In this document: positions 19,313-29,157 of the stretch, piece by piece
Position numbering within the stretch: position 1 is the first letter of the stretch
Layout of the letters: each line of letters begins with the position of its first letter
Notes under the pieces: generated by a model
Databases searched by the model: none
What the model saw: only the letters and a program-made list of their open reading frames with translations
What the model was told of the DNA's origin: nothing
Position numbers and translations under genes: made by a program
From: Candidatus Omnitrophota bacterium
Lineage (GTDB): Bacteria; Omnitrophota; Gorgyraeia; Zapsychrales; Zapsychraceae
Length of the DNA stretch: 64,000 nucleotides
Assembly: GCA_020429915.1 (NCBI GenBank)
Contig: JAGQKV010000019.1
Location: forward strand, 85,727-149,726
Direction of reading: 5' to 3'

Positions 19313-19480
19313 CCCGCTATATGCTTGTCAAGAAATCGGCGGGCAACAATCATTTCGCGGGTTTGTAAGTGTAATTGTATCAGCATTTTATGAGATTGTG
19401 GAAAAGGAAGCGCTTCCTTGACACCCAATAGGGCGTGTGGTATACTTTAGGCTCAAATTGCTGTAACTACCTGAAATTAT

Positions 19481-20059
19481 ATGGGTTTTAATTGGGTCGA
19501 CATAGTTATGGCCGTGATTATTCTGAAAGGGATGCATTCCGTACAGAAAAGCATCTTCGTTACAGAAGTATATCACTTTGTCGGTGCCGCACTTGCGACG
19601 TTTATCACGCTGCATTATTACGTCGGATTCGGTCATTATCTGCACAAGAGTTTCTCCGTGCCGGAATCGGTGCAAAGTTTCGCCGCATTCTGTTTGCTGG
19701 GGGGCGGGATCATCTTCTTCTTTTTCGTATCCCAGGGAGGATGGAAGGCCCTCTTGAGCGTGACCATGCCGAATTTTCTGGAACACTGGGGATGTCTCGT
19801 GCTGGCGGCGTTGCGGAATTTTATGTACGCGGGATTGGCCTTTTTGGCATTGACCATGTTTGATAACGGCCTGTTTGCCCGCGAGACCCAGGGGTCCTTC
19901 GGCAGTCGGATATTTCAAAACATGTCGATAGCGACCTACAGCTTTATGCACCAGAATATCGTGCAGCCGCTGTTCAAGCACGAGCGGTTTAACGATCAGG
20001 TTTACCATATTATCTCGCCTCCGCGGAAGACGCCGGTCGAGGTCAAGAAAGAACAGTAG
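19481..20059 (+). CDS. cvpA: CvpA-family membrane protein.
   Basis: 192 aa with 4 TM segments. N-terminus NWVDIVMAVIILKG resembles the CvpA/colicin V production family. Confidence 0.55.
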   Translation: MGFNWVDIVMAVIILKGMHSVQKSIFVTEVYHFVGAALATFITLHYYVGFGHYLHKSFSVPESVQSFAAFCLLGGGIIFFFFVSQGGWKALLSVTMPNFLEHWGCLVLAALRNFMYAGLAFLALTMFDNGLFARETQGSFGSRIFQNMSIATYSFMHQNIVQPLFKHERFNDQVYHIISPPRKTPVEVKKEQ

Positions 20060-20076
20060 TCCCTGAGGAGATCCGG

Positions 20077-21030
20077 TTGAAAATACGTGACATATACCAG
20101 CTCTGTGTTGAAGAAGGGATGAAGGCGGACCCGCGGACCAGGGAACAGGTCCGGAAGTACTTTAGCGACAAGCGTAAGGAGTTGCGCGGTTTATCGGCGC
20201 GCGATAAGAAGTTCTTTGATAAAGATTGTTTGTTTAATCCCTATGCGGACACGCGGGTACTCTACGGTGATCCGCAACGGGAAGTCAGGCGTATCCTGGT
20301 CGGTATCGACATCGGTCCGGGTGAAATCGTCATGGCCGATCAGCTTGCGTATCGCGGGGACGAGATCGACTTGATTATCGCGCATCACCCCGAAGGGGCG
20401 GCCCTGGCCGGATTGCACGACGTGATGCATATGCAGACCGATTTTCTGACGAATATCGGTTTGAAGGAAGAATCGGCCCGGCAGATGATGAAGTCGCGTA
20501 TCGACGAGATCGGCCGCCGGTTGCATTCGATCAATCACACGCGGGCCGTGGACAGCGCGCGGTTGCTTGATATTCCGCTGATGTGCTGCCATACGCCGGC
20601 CGACAATCACGTGAACACATATTTGCAGAGACTGGTCAACCGGGAAAAGCCCAAGACCCTGAAGAGTATCGTCGGTCTCCTGATGAAGGAGCCGGAATAC
20701 GTCGAGGCCGCCCGCCTCAAAGCGGGACCGGAGATTCTCGTCGGAAAAGAAAGTTCCAAGGCCGGCCGGGTTCACGTGGACATGACCGGCGGGACCGAGG
20801 GATCGGCCACCGTCTTCGGACGGATGTCGCAGTGCGGGGTCGAAACGCTGTTGGGGATGCATTACTCCGAGAATCACTATAAAAATATCAAGGCGGAACA
20901 CATCAACGTGGTGAATGCGGGGCATATGGCGAGTGATAATTTGGGGATGAATTTGCTGTTGGACAAGATTGAAAAGAAGGGTAAGGTTGAGATCATTGCG
21001 TGTTCCGGGTTCCGCAGGTTCAGACGCTGA
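20077..21030 (+). CDS. Nif3-family dinuclear metal-centre protein.
   Basis: 317 aa. DLIIAHHPEG and C-terminal NAGHMASDNLGMN align with the two His clusters of YbgI/NIF3. Confidence 0.55.
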   Translation: MKIRDIYQLCVEEGMKADPRTREQVRKYFSDKRKELRGLSARDKKFFDKDCLFNPYADTRVLYGDPQREVRRILVGIDIGPGEIVMADQLAYRGDEIDLIIAHHPEGAALAGLHDVMHMQTDFLTNIGLKEESARQMMKSRIDEIGRRLHSINHTRAVDSARLLDIPLMCCHTPADNHVNTYLQRLVNREKPKTLKSIVGLLMKEPEYVEAARLKAGPEILVGKESSKAGRVHVDMTGGTEGSATVFGRMSQCGVETLLGMHYSENHYKNIKAEHINVVNAGHMASDNLGMNLLLDKIEKKGKVEIIACSGFRRFRR

Positions 21031-22805
21031 TGGCCCGCATACCGGATGAAATTGTCGATCAGGTCAAAGATCGCAGCGATATCGTTGAGATCGTTTCGGG
21101 GTATGTGACCCTGAAGAAGGCCGGGAAGGATTTCAAGGCGTTGTCTCCGTTTAACAGCGAGAAGACGCCGTCGTTCATTGTCAGTCCGCAAAAACAGATT
21201 TTTAAATGCTTTTCGAGCGGTATCGGGGGCAACGTCTTTACCTTTATCATGCACATGGAAAGGCTGGAATTTCCCGAGGCGGTCCGGTTTCTGGCCCGCA
21301 AATGCGGGATCGAGGTGCCGGAAGACAGGGAATACGACGACGGCGCCACCAAAGTGCGCGACCAGATATTCGGCGCCAACAACCAAGCCGCCCAGTATTA
21401 TCATGAGCTATTGCTACACGATGCATCGCCGGCCGCAGCCCGGGCACGCGAGTACCTGAAGAATCGCGGCGTCACGCTCGAAACCGTTAAGAATTTTCGC
21501 TTGGGATTCGCGCCGGACAGTTGGGACAGTCTGATACGGCATATGCAGAACAGAAACGTGACCCTGCGCGTCCTGGAGCAAGCCGGTTTGATCAAGGCCC
21601 GGCAGAACAAAGAAGGTTTTTACGACGGTTTTCGCAACCGGATTATTTTTCCGATCACCGACACCCAGGGACGTGTCCGGGCGTTCGGCGCGCGGGCCCT
21701 GGCCGATGACGGGGCCAAGTACATCAATTCGCCGGAAACGGCGGTGTACACGAAAGGGGAGCACGTCTACGGCTTTGAACTGGCCAAAGCGACGGTGACC
21801 CAGGAAGATTTTGTGGTGATTGTCGAGGGGTACATGGATTGTGTGATGCCCCATCAGGCAGGTTTCGCGAACATCGTGGCCTCCCTGGGAACGGCACTGA
21901 CCCAACAGCAGGTCCGGAACATCCGGCGTTTTACGCACAATGTCGTTATGCTGTACGACAACGACAAGGCGGGCGAGGCCGCGATGATCCGCAGTTTCGA
22001 TATGCTCATTGAAGAAGGAATGAACGTACGGGTCGCCAGTCTGGAGGTCGGCGAAGATCCCGATTCGTTCGTTCGAAAAAACGGCGTAGAGGAGTTTCAG
22101 GCGCGCGTCGCCGCGGCGGTCGATTTGTTCGATTACAAATTGAACAAACTCTGCCAGCGGTTTGATCCGGCGACCGTTCAAGGCAAGGCCAAGATTTGCG
22201 ACGAGATGATCCCCACCATCGACCGCTACCCGCACGCGGTCAAACAGGCGGGATACATCCAGCAGCTGGCGGCCAAGATCGGCATTTCGGAGAAAGTCCT
22301 TAACGTCGAGTTGACCAAGCACCGCGAAGGCATCCGCCGGCCGGCCACTCCCGTGGAAGTCCGGGAACCCCGGCCGGAACCGTCAGCACCGCCGCGCACC
22401 GTCGAATGCAGTCTCCTGAAGTTGTTGCTGGAGGAGCAGGCTTATATCGCGACGACGCGGGCGGAATTGAGCGCGGAGGATTTTCAGGACCGCAAGGTTC
22501 GCGCCGTGATCGATAAGATCTACGAGATCGCGGACCAGGGGCGGGAGGTTCAAAGTTCGGATTTGGTCAACCGTTTTGAAGATCAGGATATAGTTCGGCT
22601 CATTGCTCGATTGGCTACGGACGATCAACTTATCGCCGGAGACAAAGACAAAATCCATCGCGATTGCGTCACCCGGCTCAAACAGGATCGGATCAAGAGC
22701 CATCGCAAGGAGCTGATTGAAAAAATGAAGCAGGCCCAGGAAGCAGGAGACACGGAAGCGCTCGAACGTCTCAAACAGGAATTTTACCAATCTATCAAAA
22801 ACTGA
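21030..22805 (+). CDS. dnaG: DNA primase.
   Basis: Zn-finger region FKCFSSGIGGNVFTFIM, TOPRIM region VIVEGYMDCV. dnaG-rpoD synteny. Start taken at the ATG overlapping the upstream stop (MARIPDEIVDQ). Confidence 0.9.
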   Translation: MARIPDEIVDQVKDRSDIVEIVSGYVTLKKAGKDFKALSPFNSEKTPSFIVSPQKQIFKCFSSGIGGNVFTFIMHMERLEFPEAVRFLARKCGIEVPEDREYDDGATKVRDQIFGANNQAAQYYHELLLHDASPAAARAREYLKNRGVTLETVKNFRLGFAPDSWDSLIRHMQNRNVTLRVLEQAGLIKARQNKEGFYDGFRNRIIFPITDTQGRVRAFGARALADDGAKYINSPETAVYTKGEHVYGFELAKATVTQEDFVVIVEGYMDCVMPHQAGFANIVASLGTALTQQQVRNIRRFTHNVVMLYDNDKAGEAAMIRSFDMLIEEGMNVRVASLEVGEDPDSFVRKNGVEEFQARVAAAVDLFDYKLNKLCQRFDPATVQGKAKICDEMIPTIDRYPHAVKQAGYIQQLAAKIGISEKVLNVELTKHREGIRRPATPVEVREPRPEPSAPPRTVECSLLKLLLEEQAYIATTRAELSAEDFQDRKVRAVIDKIYEIADQGREVQSSDLVNRFEDQDIVRLIARLATDDQLIAGDKDKIHRDCVTRLKQDRIKSHRKELIEKMKQAQEAGDTEALERLKQEFYQSIKN

Positions 22806-22820
22806 TGTTGGAGTGAACAC

Positions 22821-24419
22821 ATGAAAAAAGAGAAAAAGCCAAAAGACGATATCCAGAACGATATCGAAAAGTTGGTGACCTTGGGCAAGAAGAAGGGATT
22901 TTTGACTTATGACGAAGTCAACGAGGCGCTTTCCGAATCTGTAGAGTCTTCCGAAGAAATCGACAAGGTATTTGATATTCTCGACGGGAAAGACATCAAG
23001 ATCATCGAATCCGACGACGGTGATGACGACGACAAAAAGGAGACCCTGGAAGGGGAATCCCGTGAGCAGGAGATTCGCCGGATCCGCGAAGAGAGCAAGG
23101 AAGACGACGTTTACTCGGACAAATTCATCCCGCTTGATGACCCGGTCAAGATGTACCTGAAGCAGATGGGTTCCATTCCTCTGCTATCGCGTGAAAATGA
23201 AATTAGTCTGGCTAAGCGTATCGAGGAAGCGGAACTGAAATTTGCCGAGGCTTTGTACGTGACGGCATACGCCCGGCGCGAAGCGTTGGCCAAGATCAAG
23301 GAAGTTCTCAGTGAGGAAGTTAATCCCGAGGACGTTATCAAGGACGAGCTCGAACGCCGGCCGAAGCTGATCCAGGAATTGAAGCAGATCCGCGCCAGCG
23401 TCACGCGCACGCGCGTCGGTTCCGACAAGTCAGCCATGATGTTGGCACAGTTCAAGCTGACCGCCGCCTTTAACGAAAATCTCGTTGAACGGATTATTGC
23501 CATGGTGGATCGGATCGAGAAGATCGAGCGCAAGCTGAAAGGCAAGCGCAAGGTTCCCAACGTGACGGCGCTGCGTAAGGAAAAAACGCAGTTGAGCAAG
23601 GAACTCGGCCAGCCGGTCAAGAAGGTCAAGGAACAGCTGCGCGTTATCAAGATCCGTCAGTCCAAATTCAACAAAGCGAAGAAACTGCTGGTCGAAGCCA
23701 ATCTGCGTCTGGTCGTGTCGATTGCCAAGAAATACATCAACCGCGGATTGTCGTTCCTCGACCTGATTCAGGAAGGCAACATGGGCCTGATCCGTGCGGT
23801 GGAGAAATTCGAATACAAGCGCGGATACAAGTTTTCGACTTACGCGACGTGGTGGATCCGTCAGGCCATCACCCGTTCGATCGCCGATCAGGCACGAACG
23901 ATCCGCATTCCGGTCCACATGACCGAGACGATCAACAAGATCATCCGCGTGTCCCGCCTGTTCGTGCAGGAGTACGGGCGCGAACCGACGGCGCAGGAAA
24001 TCGCCAAACAAATGCGCATTCCCATCGCCAAGGTGAAGGAAATTCTCAAGATCTCCCAGGTGCCGATCTCACTCCAAACGCCCATCGGTGATGAAGGCGA
24101 TACGCACTTCGGTGATTTTATCGAAGACAAGAAAGCCGTTTCGCCGGCCAATGCGACGTTGCAGTCCATGTTGAAGGACGAAATCACCGCGGTCCTCAAC
24201 ACGCTGGACGAACGCGAGCGTAAGATACTGGAGCTGCGCTTCGGTATCCATGACGGGACGACCCGCACGCTGGAGGAAGTCGGCAGCGAGTTTAACGTCA
24301 CGCGGGAGCGTGTCCGCCAGATCGAATCCAAGGCCTTACGCAAGCTGCGCCATCCCACGCGGTCACGCCGGGTCAAGCAGTTCCTTGACATGGCCTCTAA
24401 GGAAGATGTTATAATTTAA
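22821..24419 (+). CDS. rpoD: RNA polymerase sigma factor RpoD (sigma-70).
   Basis: 532 aa. Region 2 [20 protein letters not shown]. Region 4 [29 protein letters not shown]. Confidence 0.95.
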   Translation: MKKEKKPKDDIQNDIEKLVTLGKKKGFLTYDEVNEALSESVESSEEIDKVFDILDGKDIKIIESDDGDDDDKKETLEGESREQEIRRIREESKEDDVYSDKFIPLDDPVKMYLKQMGSIPLLSRENEISLAKRIEEAELKFAEALYVTAYARREALAKIKEVLSEEVNPEDVIKDELERRPKLIQELKQIRASVTRTRVGSDKSAMMLAQFKLTAAFNENLVERIIAMVDRIEKIERKLKGKRKVPNVTALRKEKTQLSKELGQPVKKVKEQLRVIKIRQSKFNKAKKLLVEANLRLVVSIAKKYINRGLSFLDLIQEGNMGLIRAVEKFEYKRGYKFSTYATWWIRQAITRSIADQARTIRIPVHMTETINKIIRVSRLFVQEYGREPTAQEIAKQMRIPIAKVKEILKISQVPISLQTPIGDEGDTHFGDFIEDKKAVSPANATLQSMLKDEITAVLNTLDERERKILELRFGIHDGTTRTLEEVGSEFNVTRERVRQIESKALRKLRHPTRSRRVKQFLDMASKEDVII

Positions 24420-24425
24420 TCCGGT

Positions 24426-24453
24426 CCCGGGAAGCGCCGGTGCGCTTCCCGGG
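24426..24453 (+). terminator. Strong hairpin after rpoD (putative terminator).
   Basis: Perfect 12-bp stem CCCGGGAAGCGC/GCGCTTCCCGGG with loop CGGT. Weak U-tract (ATTAATTT). Confidence 0.45.
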
Positions 24454-24487
24454 AGGATTAATTTCCGGAAAATCGTTATTTTTAGTT

Positions 24488-25303
24488 ATGCGTTTGACAA
24501 CCCCTCTCATAGCAGTCAGTCTACTCATTGCGACATCTCTGCCGGCCGTCGCTGAAAAGATGGTCGATCCTGAGGTGACGCGAACCCTCTGCAACCAGAT
24601 CATCAAGCAAGTCTACAAAGACATCGAACAGCAGAAGCCGAAATTTCCCGACCTTGAATTGTACAATCTCATCGCGCTGAAGGAAAACGACTGGGGGTAC
24701 AGTTATATTAAGTACCATTACGTTGATATCCAAGGCAGCCGGAAAAAGGACGAGCTGAAGTTCCTGATTGAGTTTCTGCCGATCGACGCGGAGCAGAGTT
24801 ATGAATACGACGGCACGCATCTGGAGTATTCTTTTCCGCTGTTGAATGTCAAACTGGTTGTCTACCAGAATGACAGCGCCAAGCAGGAGCAGATCGAAGT
24901 CATGCCGTTCGTGAAGCGCCACGCGCGCAAGTTGCTGGATTATCAGACCCAGTTCATGCCCGTCCGGTTCCGGTTGTATCCCGAGCAGGAAACGTACCGG
25001 GTGGGCGAAGAAGTCACGCTGGTCGCGGAGCTGGATAACCTGTCCGGAGCGAATATCAAGCTCAAAGATCTGTCCTCCCGGTCCGTGGCCATGACCGATG
25101 ATCCCTCCAAGTGGGGCTTCGACCTCGGCCGCCGGCCCCGCAATGCCGGAACGGAGATGCTGCGGCCGAACGGGAACCTGAAGCGTAAATTCCGCATAGG
25201 GACCTTTGACAAGCCGCAGACCAAGTTTATCCACGCCATTTATCTTATGGAATTCCGGGGCGCCGAACCGACCATAACCACTCAGATCAATATCGTGGAA
25301 TAG
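24488..25303 (+). CDS. Hypothetical secreted protein.
   Basis: Start chosen at MRLTTPLIAVSLLIATSLPAVA (signal-peptide-like). The track start at 24440 lies inside the terminator hairpin. No recognisable domain. Confidence 0.5.
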   Translation: MRLTTPLIAVSLLIATSLPAVAEKMVDPEVTRTLCNQIIKQVYKDIEQQKPKFPDLELYNLIALKENDWGYSYIKYHYVDIQGSRKKDELKFLIEFLPIDAEQSYEYDGTHLEYSFPLLNVKLVVYQNDSAKQEQIEVMPFVKRHARKLLDYQTQFMPVRFRLYPEQETYRVGEEVTLVAELDNLSGANIKLKDLSSRSVAMTDDPSKWGFDLGRRPRNAGTEMLRPNGNLKRKFRIGTFDKPQTKFIHAIYLMEFRGAEPTITTQINIVE

Positions 25304-25397
25304 CCCGCCGGCCCTGCCCGCGCAAACCGTCCGCCTTCCGAACTCTAAATAATTGACACTGATACACTTTCCGAGATATTAACGGGGATCAAATCAG

Positions 25398-25426
25398 TTG
25401 AAAATCCACAGGTCATATGATATGCT
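25398..25426 (+). promoter_or_regulatory. Candidate sigma-70 promoter upstream of the tRNA and zinc-ribbon genes.
   Basis: TTGAAA, 17-nt spacer, TATGCT. The tRNA 5' end is about 115 nt further downstream, so the assignment is uncertain. Confidence 0.3.
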
Positions 25427-25547
25427 GAAGGACAAAATTTGCGGCTAAGACGGTGTTTCTGCAGTTTTTAACGGCTTTCGGCCCGGGGCGGGTCGCGCTT
25501 GGCAGATACCGCTATCGAATATTCATCATAAGGATGGAATGCTTTTC

Positions 25548-25621
25548 GGGCCTTTAGCTCAGTCGGTTAGAGCAGCTGACTCATAATCAGTTGGTCCCTG
25601 GTTCAAGTCCAGGAAGGCCCA
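25548..25621 (+). tRNA. tRNA-Met (anticodon CAT). Elongator-type anticodon stem. Could alternatively be tRNA-Ile2 (lysidine).
   Basis: Cloverleaf: acceptor GGGCCTT/AAGGCCC, D-arm GCTC...GAGC, anticodon loop CTCATAA, T-arm CCTGG-TTCAAGT-CCAGG, discriminator A. No encoded CCA. Confidence 0.85.
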
Positions 25622-25666
25622 GAGAGTTTGCCTCCGTTTCACGGATCACCAATAAAGGATACTCAC

Positions 25667-26389
25667 GTGGAAACTTCGGTCCATGATCAGATCAAACGCA
25701 TGGTAGAAATTCAGAAACTGGACGGCGAAATTTACGACTTGCGCAAGGAGATGGGCGAAAAGCCGAAACTGATTGACAAGTTGAAAGGCGAATTCGAGGC
25801 GACCAAGGCCAAACTGAACGGTCTGGAAGAGAAGGCCAAATCCATCGTGGTCTCCCGCAAGGAATTCGAACTTGAGCTTCAATCCAAGGAGGACGTTATC
25901 GCCAAGGCGAACGCCGATCTCAATCAGCTGAAGACCAATAAGGAATATTCGGCAAAAATATCGGAAATCGAAAGCCTGAAGGCCGATAAGTCGCAGGTCG
26001 AGGAGAAGATATTGCGATCCTACGACGCGGCCGACGCGGTCAACGCCGATATCGAGAAGGAAAAGGCGGAGGTGGCCGAGCGGGAGAAGGTTTATCTCTC
26101 GAAGAAGAAGGAAATCGAAGATGAGGTGCGGGTGCTGGACGACCGCGTCAAGGTCCTGGATTCCCAGCGCAGCGAGATCGCGCCGCACATCGATCCGCAG
26201 ATACTCAAGCAGTACGAAAAGCTGCTGGAAGTCAAGGAAGGGCGTGCCATCGTTCCGGTGAACGGTTTGGCCTGCGGCGGCTGCTACATGAATGCGATGC
26301 CTCAGACCGTGAATCAAATCAAGATGCGGCAGGAACTCATCCGTTGCGAGTATTGCGCGCGATTTTTATATTTAGAGGACGATCTTTGA
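25667..26389 (+). CDS. C4-type zinc-ribbon, coiled-coil protein (COG1579/DUF164 family).
   Basis: Long coiled coil followed by C-terminal CGGC...CEYC zinc ribbon. The family is classically found upstream of rnhA. Start uncertain: GTG 25667 has an AAAGGA RBS; ATG 25700 is an alternative. Confidence 0.7.
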   Translation: METSVHDQIKRMVEIQKLDGEIYDLRKEMGEKPKLIDKLKGEFEATKAKLNGLEEKAKSIVVSRKEFELELQSKEDVIAKANADLNQLKTNKEYSAKISEIESLKADKSQVEEKILRSYDAADAVNADIEKEKAEVAEREKVYLSKKKEIEDEVRVLDDRVKVLDSQRSEIAPHIDPQILKQYEKLLEVKEGRAIVPVNGLACGGCYMNAMPQTVNQIKMRQELIRCEYCARFLYLEDDL

Positions 26390-26853
26390 GCCAAGGGGAA
26401 CTGCTCATCAACATTGACGGGGCGTCGAGCGGCAATCCCGGTCCGGCCGGAATCGGGGTGGTGATCCGGCAGGACGGCACGATCATCCACGAAATATCCA
26501 AGGCCATCGGTGAGGCCACCAACAATGTGGCGGAATACACCGCGTTGGTATACGCTTTACAGGAGGCCCTGATCCGACGGGCCGACACGGTCACGGTGAT
26601 CACCGACAGCGAGTTGGTGCACCGGCAGGTGACCGGAGAATACAAGGTCAAGAACGCGAATATCAAACCGCTCTTTGAACAGGTTCAGCATCTGTTGCGC
26701 GGCTTTAAGCAGGTGAAAATGAAACACGTGCTGCGCGAAGAAAACAAGGATGCGGACCGGTTAGCGACAAAATCGATCAAGTCTAAGCAGGCACAAGTGG
26801 TTGCCCCGTTGTTCGATAACCACGGGGAGGAAAGTCCGAGCTCCACAGGATGA
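26386..26853 (+). CDS. rnhA: Ribonuclease HI.
   Basis: TTG start overlapping the upstream stop, with a GAGGA RBS. INIDGASSGNPGPAGIGVV...EYTALVYAL...VITDSELV...DADRLA catalytic motifs. The 3' end runs into rnpB. Confidence 0.75.
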   Translation: MSQGELLINIDGASSGNPGPAGIGVVIRQDGTIIHEISKAIGEATNNVAEYTALVYALQEALIRRADTVTVITDSELVHRQVTGEYKVKNANIKPLFEQVQHLLRGFKQVKMKHVLREENKDADRLATKSIKSKQAQVVAPLFDNHGEESPSSTG

Positions 26854-27152
26854 TGCACCCAGGTAACGCTGGGCCCCGCTGTCAGCGGGAGGATTAGAGC
26901 TACAGTGACGATACTTGGCGATCGGTCGGCGACCAATCGCCTTGGGTGAAACGAGCAATCTCTGCATGGAGCAATGCTAAATAGGCAGAAACTTCGGTGA
27001 TGCTGCGCATCACCGTGACGAACTGATCCGGTTCGTTTGATCTGCGGGTAGGCTGCAAGAGTTCGCGGAGTGATCCGCGAAGTCAGTTGAATAACCACTC
27101 TTGGCGTTCTGACGAACGCCTTGCACTCAACTCGGCTTATGTCTGCTGTGAC
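26781..27152 (+). ncRNA. rnpB: RNase P RNA, bacterial type A (M1 RNA homolog).
   Basis: P4 5' strand GGAAAGTCCGAGCTCC (26828-) pairs with ACTCGGCTTATG (27130-), showing a compensatory CCGAG/CTCGG change. Also GGGTGAAA, GGGTAGGCTGC and GGTAACGC conserved blocks. Ends approximate, set by a putative P1 helix. Confidence 0.8.
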
Positions 27153-27294
27153 ACCGTTCCGGTTCAGGCCTTCGGGCCTGATACCGGATCCGTCATGATC
27201 CCCGGCCGCGGGGCGGAAAATTTAGCGATCGTTAAGATAAAGTCACACAAATAGGAAACGGGTTCCCTTCGAGGGACCATGGAGGAGGACGTCA

Positions 27295-28050
27295 ATGTCA
27301 GGACATAGTAAATGGGCAAGTATTAAGCATAAAAAAGGCGCAGCTGACGCCAAGCGGGGTGCCGCCTTTTCGAAGATGGCCAAAGAGCTCACCGTTATCG
27401 CCAAAAACGGAGGAGGAAATCCCGACACGAACGCGACGCTGCGCAATGCCATCGACCGCGCCCGCGGTATCAACATGCCCAAGGACAAGATTGAGAACGC
27501 CATCAAGAAAGGCACGGGCGAGATCCCCGGTGTAACTTATGAGGAGATTTCTTTTGACGCCTACGGTCCGGGCGGTGTGGCCATGATGATTACCGGCCTG
27601 ACTGATAACAACAACCGCACCACTGCGGAGATCAAGGCCATTCTGAAACGCAAGAACGGAAGTTCCGCCGGTGCCGGGGCGACGTCGTTCCTGTTCTCCA
27701 AAACCGGATACATCTCCATCGAGAAGGACAAGGTCGGTGAAGATGAAATCATGGAAATCGCTATCGAGGCCGGCGCCGAAGATGTGAAGACGGACGGCGG
27801 CTTTTATGAAATCTATACGGATATCAGTAATCTGCAGGCCGTCAAGGAAGCCATCGCGGCGAAGGAGATCCCGGTTGTCACCGCCGAGATGACGATGATC
27901 CCCAGCACCACGGTCAAGCTGGAAGGCAATGACGCCAAGTCCCTGCTGGCCTTGGTGGAGGCGCTCGAAGAGCATGAGGACGTGCAGAACGTCTACGCGA
28001 ATTTTGAGATTTCTGACGAAGAAATGGAACGCATCGCGGCCGAAGAGTAA
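27295..28050 (+). CDS. yebC: YebC/PmpR-family transcriptional regulator.
   Basis: MSGHSKWASIKHKKGAADAKRG N-terminus. 251 aa. Precedes ruvC-ruvA as in many bacteria. Confidence 0.9.
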   Translation: MSGHSKWASIKHKKGAADAKRGAAFSKMAKELTVIAKNGGGNPDTNATLRNAIDRARGINMPKDKIENAIKKGTGEIPGVTYEEISFDAYGPGGVAMMITGLTDNNNRTTAEIKAILKRKNGSSAGAGATSFLFSKTGYISIEKDKVGEDEIMEIAIEAGAEDVKTDGGFYEIYTDISNLQAVKEAIAAKEIPVVTAEMTMIPSTTVKLEGNDAKSLLALVEALEEHEDVQNVYANFEISDEEMERIAAEE

Positions 28051-28526
28051 TGCGCATTGTCGGCGTTGATCCGGGGACTCGGGCCACGGGATACGGGTTC
28101 ATCGAAGCCCGTGGCAGCCGTCTGACATTGCTGGAGGTGGGCACCATCGTTCCCAAGGCCGCGGACGGGTTGCCGCAGCGGATCCACAAGATTTACTCCA
28201 TCCTCGATTCACTGATCGGACAGTACCAGCCGGAAATTCTTGTCCTGGAAAAGTTGTATTCGCATCACCGGCACCCCGCTACGGTGGCGGTGATCGGGCA
28301 TGTCCGCGGAGTCATTTGCCTGCTGACAGCCGCGCGGGGACTGCGGCTGGTTGAGCACAGCGCCAAACGGATTCGCAAAGCAGTTACGGGCAACGGGAAT
28401 GCCACCAAGGCCCAGACCCGGCGCATGATCGCCCATGTATTCGGTATCGATGAGAAGGTGTTGACCCTGGATGCCAGTGACGCGTTGGCCCTGGGGCTGG
28501 GCTACATTTACATGAACGGCAGGTGA
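28050..28526 (+). CDS. ruvC: Holliday junction resolvase RuvC.
   Basis: MRIVGVDPGTRATGYG...LVLEKLY... catalytic carboxylates. 158 aa. Confidence 0.92.
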   Translation: MRIVGVDPGTRATGYGFIEARGSRLTLLEVGTIVPKAADGLPQRIHKIYSILDSLIGQYQPEILVLEKLYSHHRHPATVAVIGHVRGVICLLTAARGLRLVEHSAKRIRKAVTGNGNATKAQTRRMIAHVFGIDEKVLTLDASDALALGLGYIYMNGR

Positions 28527-28527
28527 G

Positions 28528-29157
28528 ATGATTGTCAAAATCCGCGGACAACTGGTCGAAAAAAAGGAACATTCGGTTGTCTTGGGCGTACAGGGCCTAT
28601 ATTATGAAGTGATGGTACCGCAATCGGTGCTCCGCCGCATCGAAGAGGCGCCGGATGCCCCGCAGGAGATCGAATTGATCACGTATCATTATCTGCAGGT
28701 CAGCCAGTCCAGCGCCGTGCCGGTCCTGATCGGATTCTTGAACGAAATCGAATGCGAATTTTTCCAGCAGTTCATTAAGGTCTCGGGGATCGGTCCGCGA
28801 GCCGCCGTCAAGGCGATCAGCAAACCGATCAGCGAGATCACGCAGGCCATACACCAGGGGGACACAGCCAGCCTTAAGACACTGCCCGGCATAGGTTTGC
28901 AGCGCGCCAAGGAAATCGTGGCCAAGTTGCAGGATAAAGTCGGCAAATACGGCCTGATTCAGGATGCGGCATTGCCCGAAATCCCGGCTGATGCGGTGCC
29001 GGACTGGCAGAACGAAGCTCTGGATGTCTTACTGCAACTGCAGTACAAGAGACCCGAGGCGCAAGTGATGATCCAAAGAGCGCTTGAGCGCAACGAAAAG
29101 ATCAACTCGGCCCAGGAGCTTCTCAACGAAATCTATAAGCAAAAGGTGAGCGGTTAA
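28528..29157 (+). CDS. ruvA: Holliday junction DNA helicase subunit RuvA.
   Basis: 209 aa. MIVKIRGQLVEK OB-fold N-terminus and the helix-hairpin-helix region GIGPRAAVKAI/LPGIGLQRAKEIV. No ruvB follows. Confidence 0.9.
   Translation: MIVKIRGQLVEKKEHSVVLGVQGLYYEVMVPQSVLRRIEEAPDAPQEIELITYHYLQVSQSSAVPVLIGFLNEIECEFFQQFIKVSGIGPRAAVKAISKPISEITQAIHQGDTASLKTLPGIGLQRAKEIVAKLQDKVGKYGLIQDAALPEIPADAVPDWQNEALDVLLQLQYKRPEAQVMIQRALERNEKINSAQELLNEIYKQKVSG

Noticed and set aside
21000-21029. Upstream start (MFRVPQVQTL) for dnaG. Similar upstream starts exist for hisC (31064), lepA (34597) and the SPOR protein (57013).
   Set aside because: These overlap the upstream gene's 3' end. Downstream ATGs give canonical N-termini, with RBS or overlap-coupling.
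27160-27294. GC-rich hairpins after rnpB (CAGGCCTTCGGGCCTG with UUCG loop; CCCCGGCCGCGGGG), considered as terminators or a riboswitch for yebC.
   Set aside because: No U-tract follows either hairpin and no known riboswitch consensus was recognised. Most likely these are rnpB 3' processing or transcript-end structures. Not enough evidence for a separate feature.
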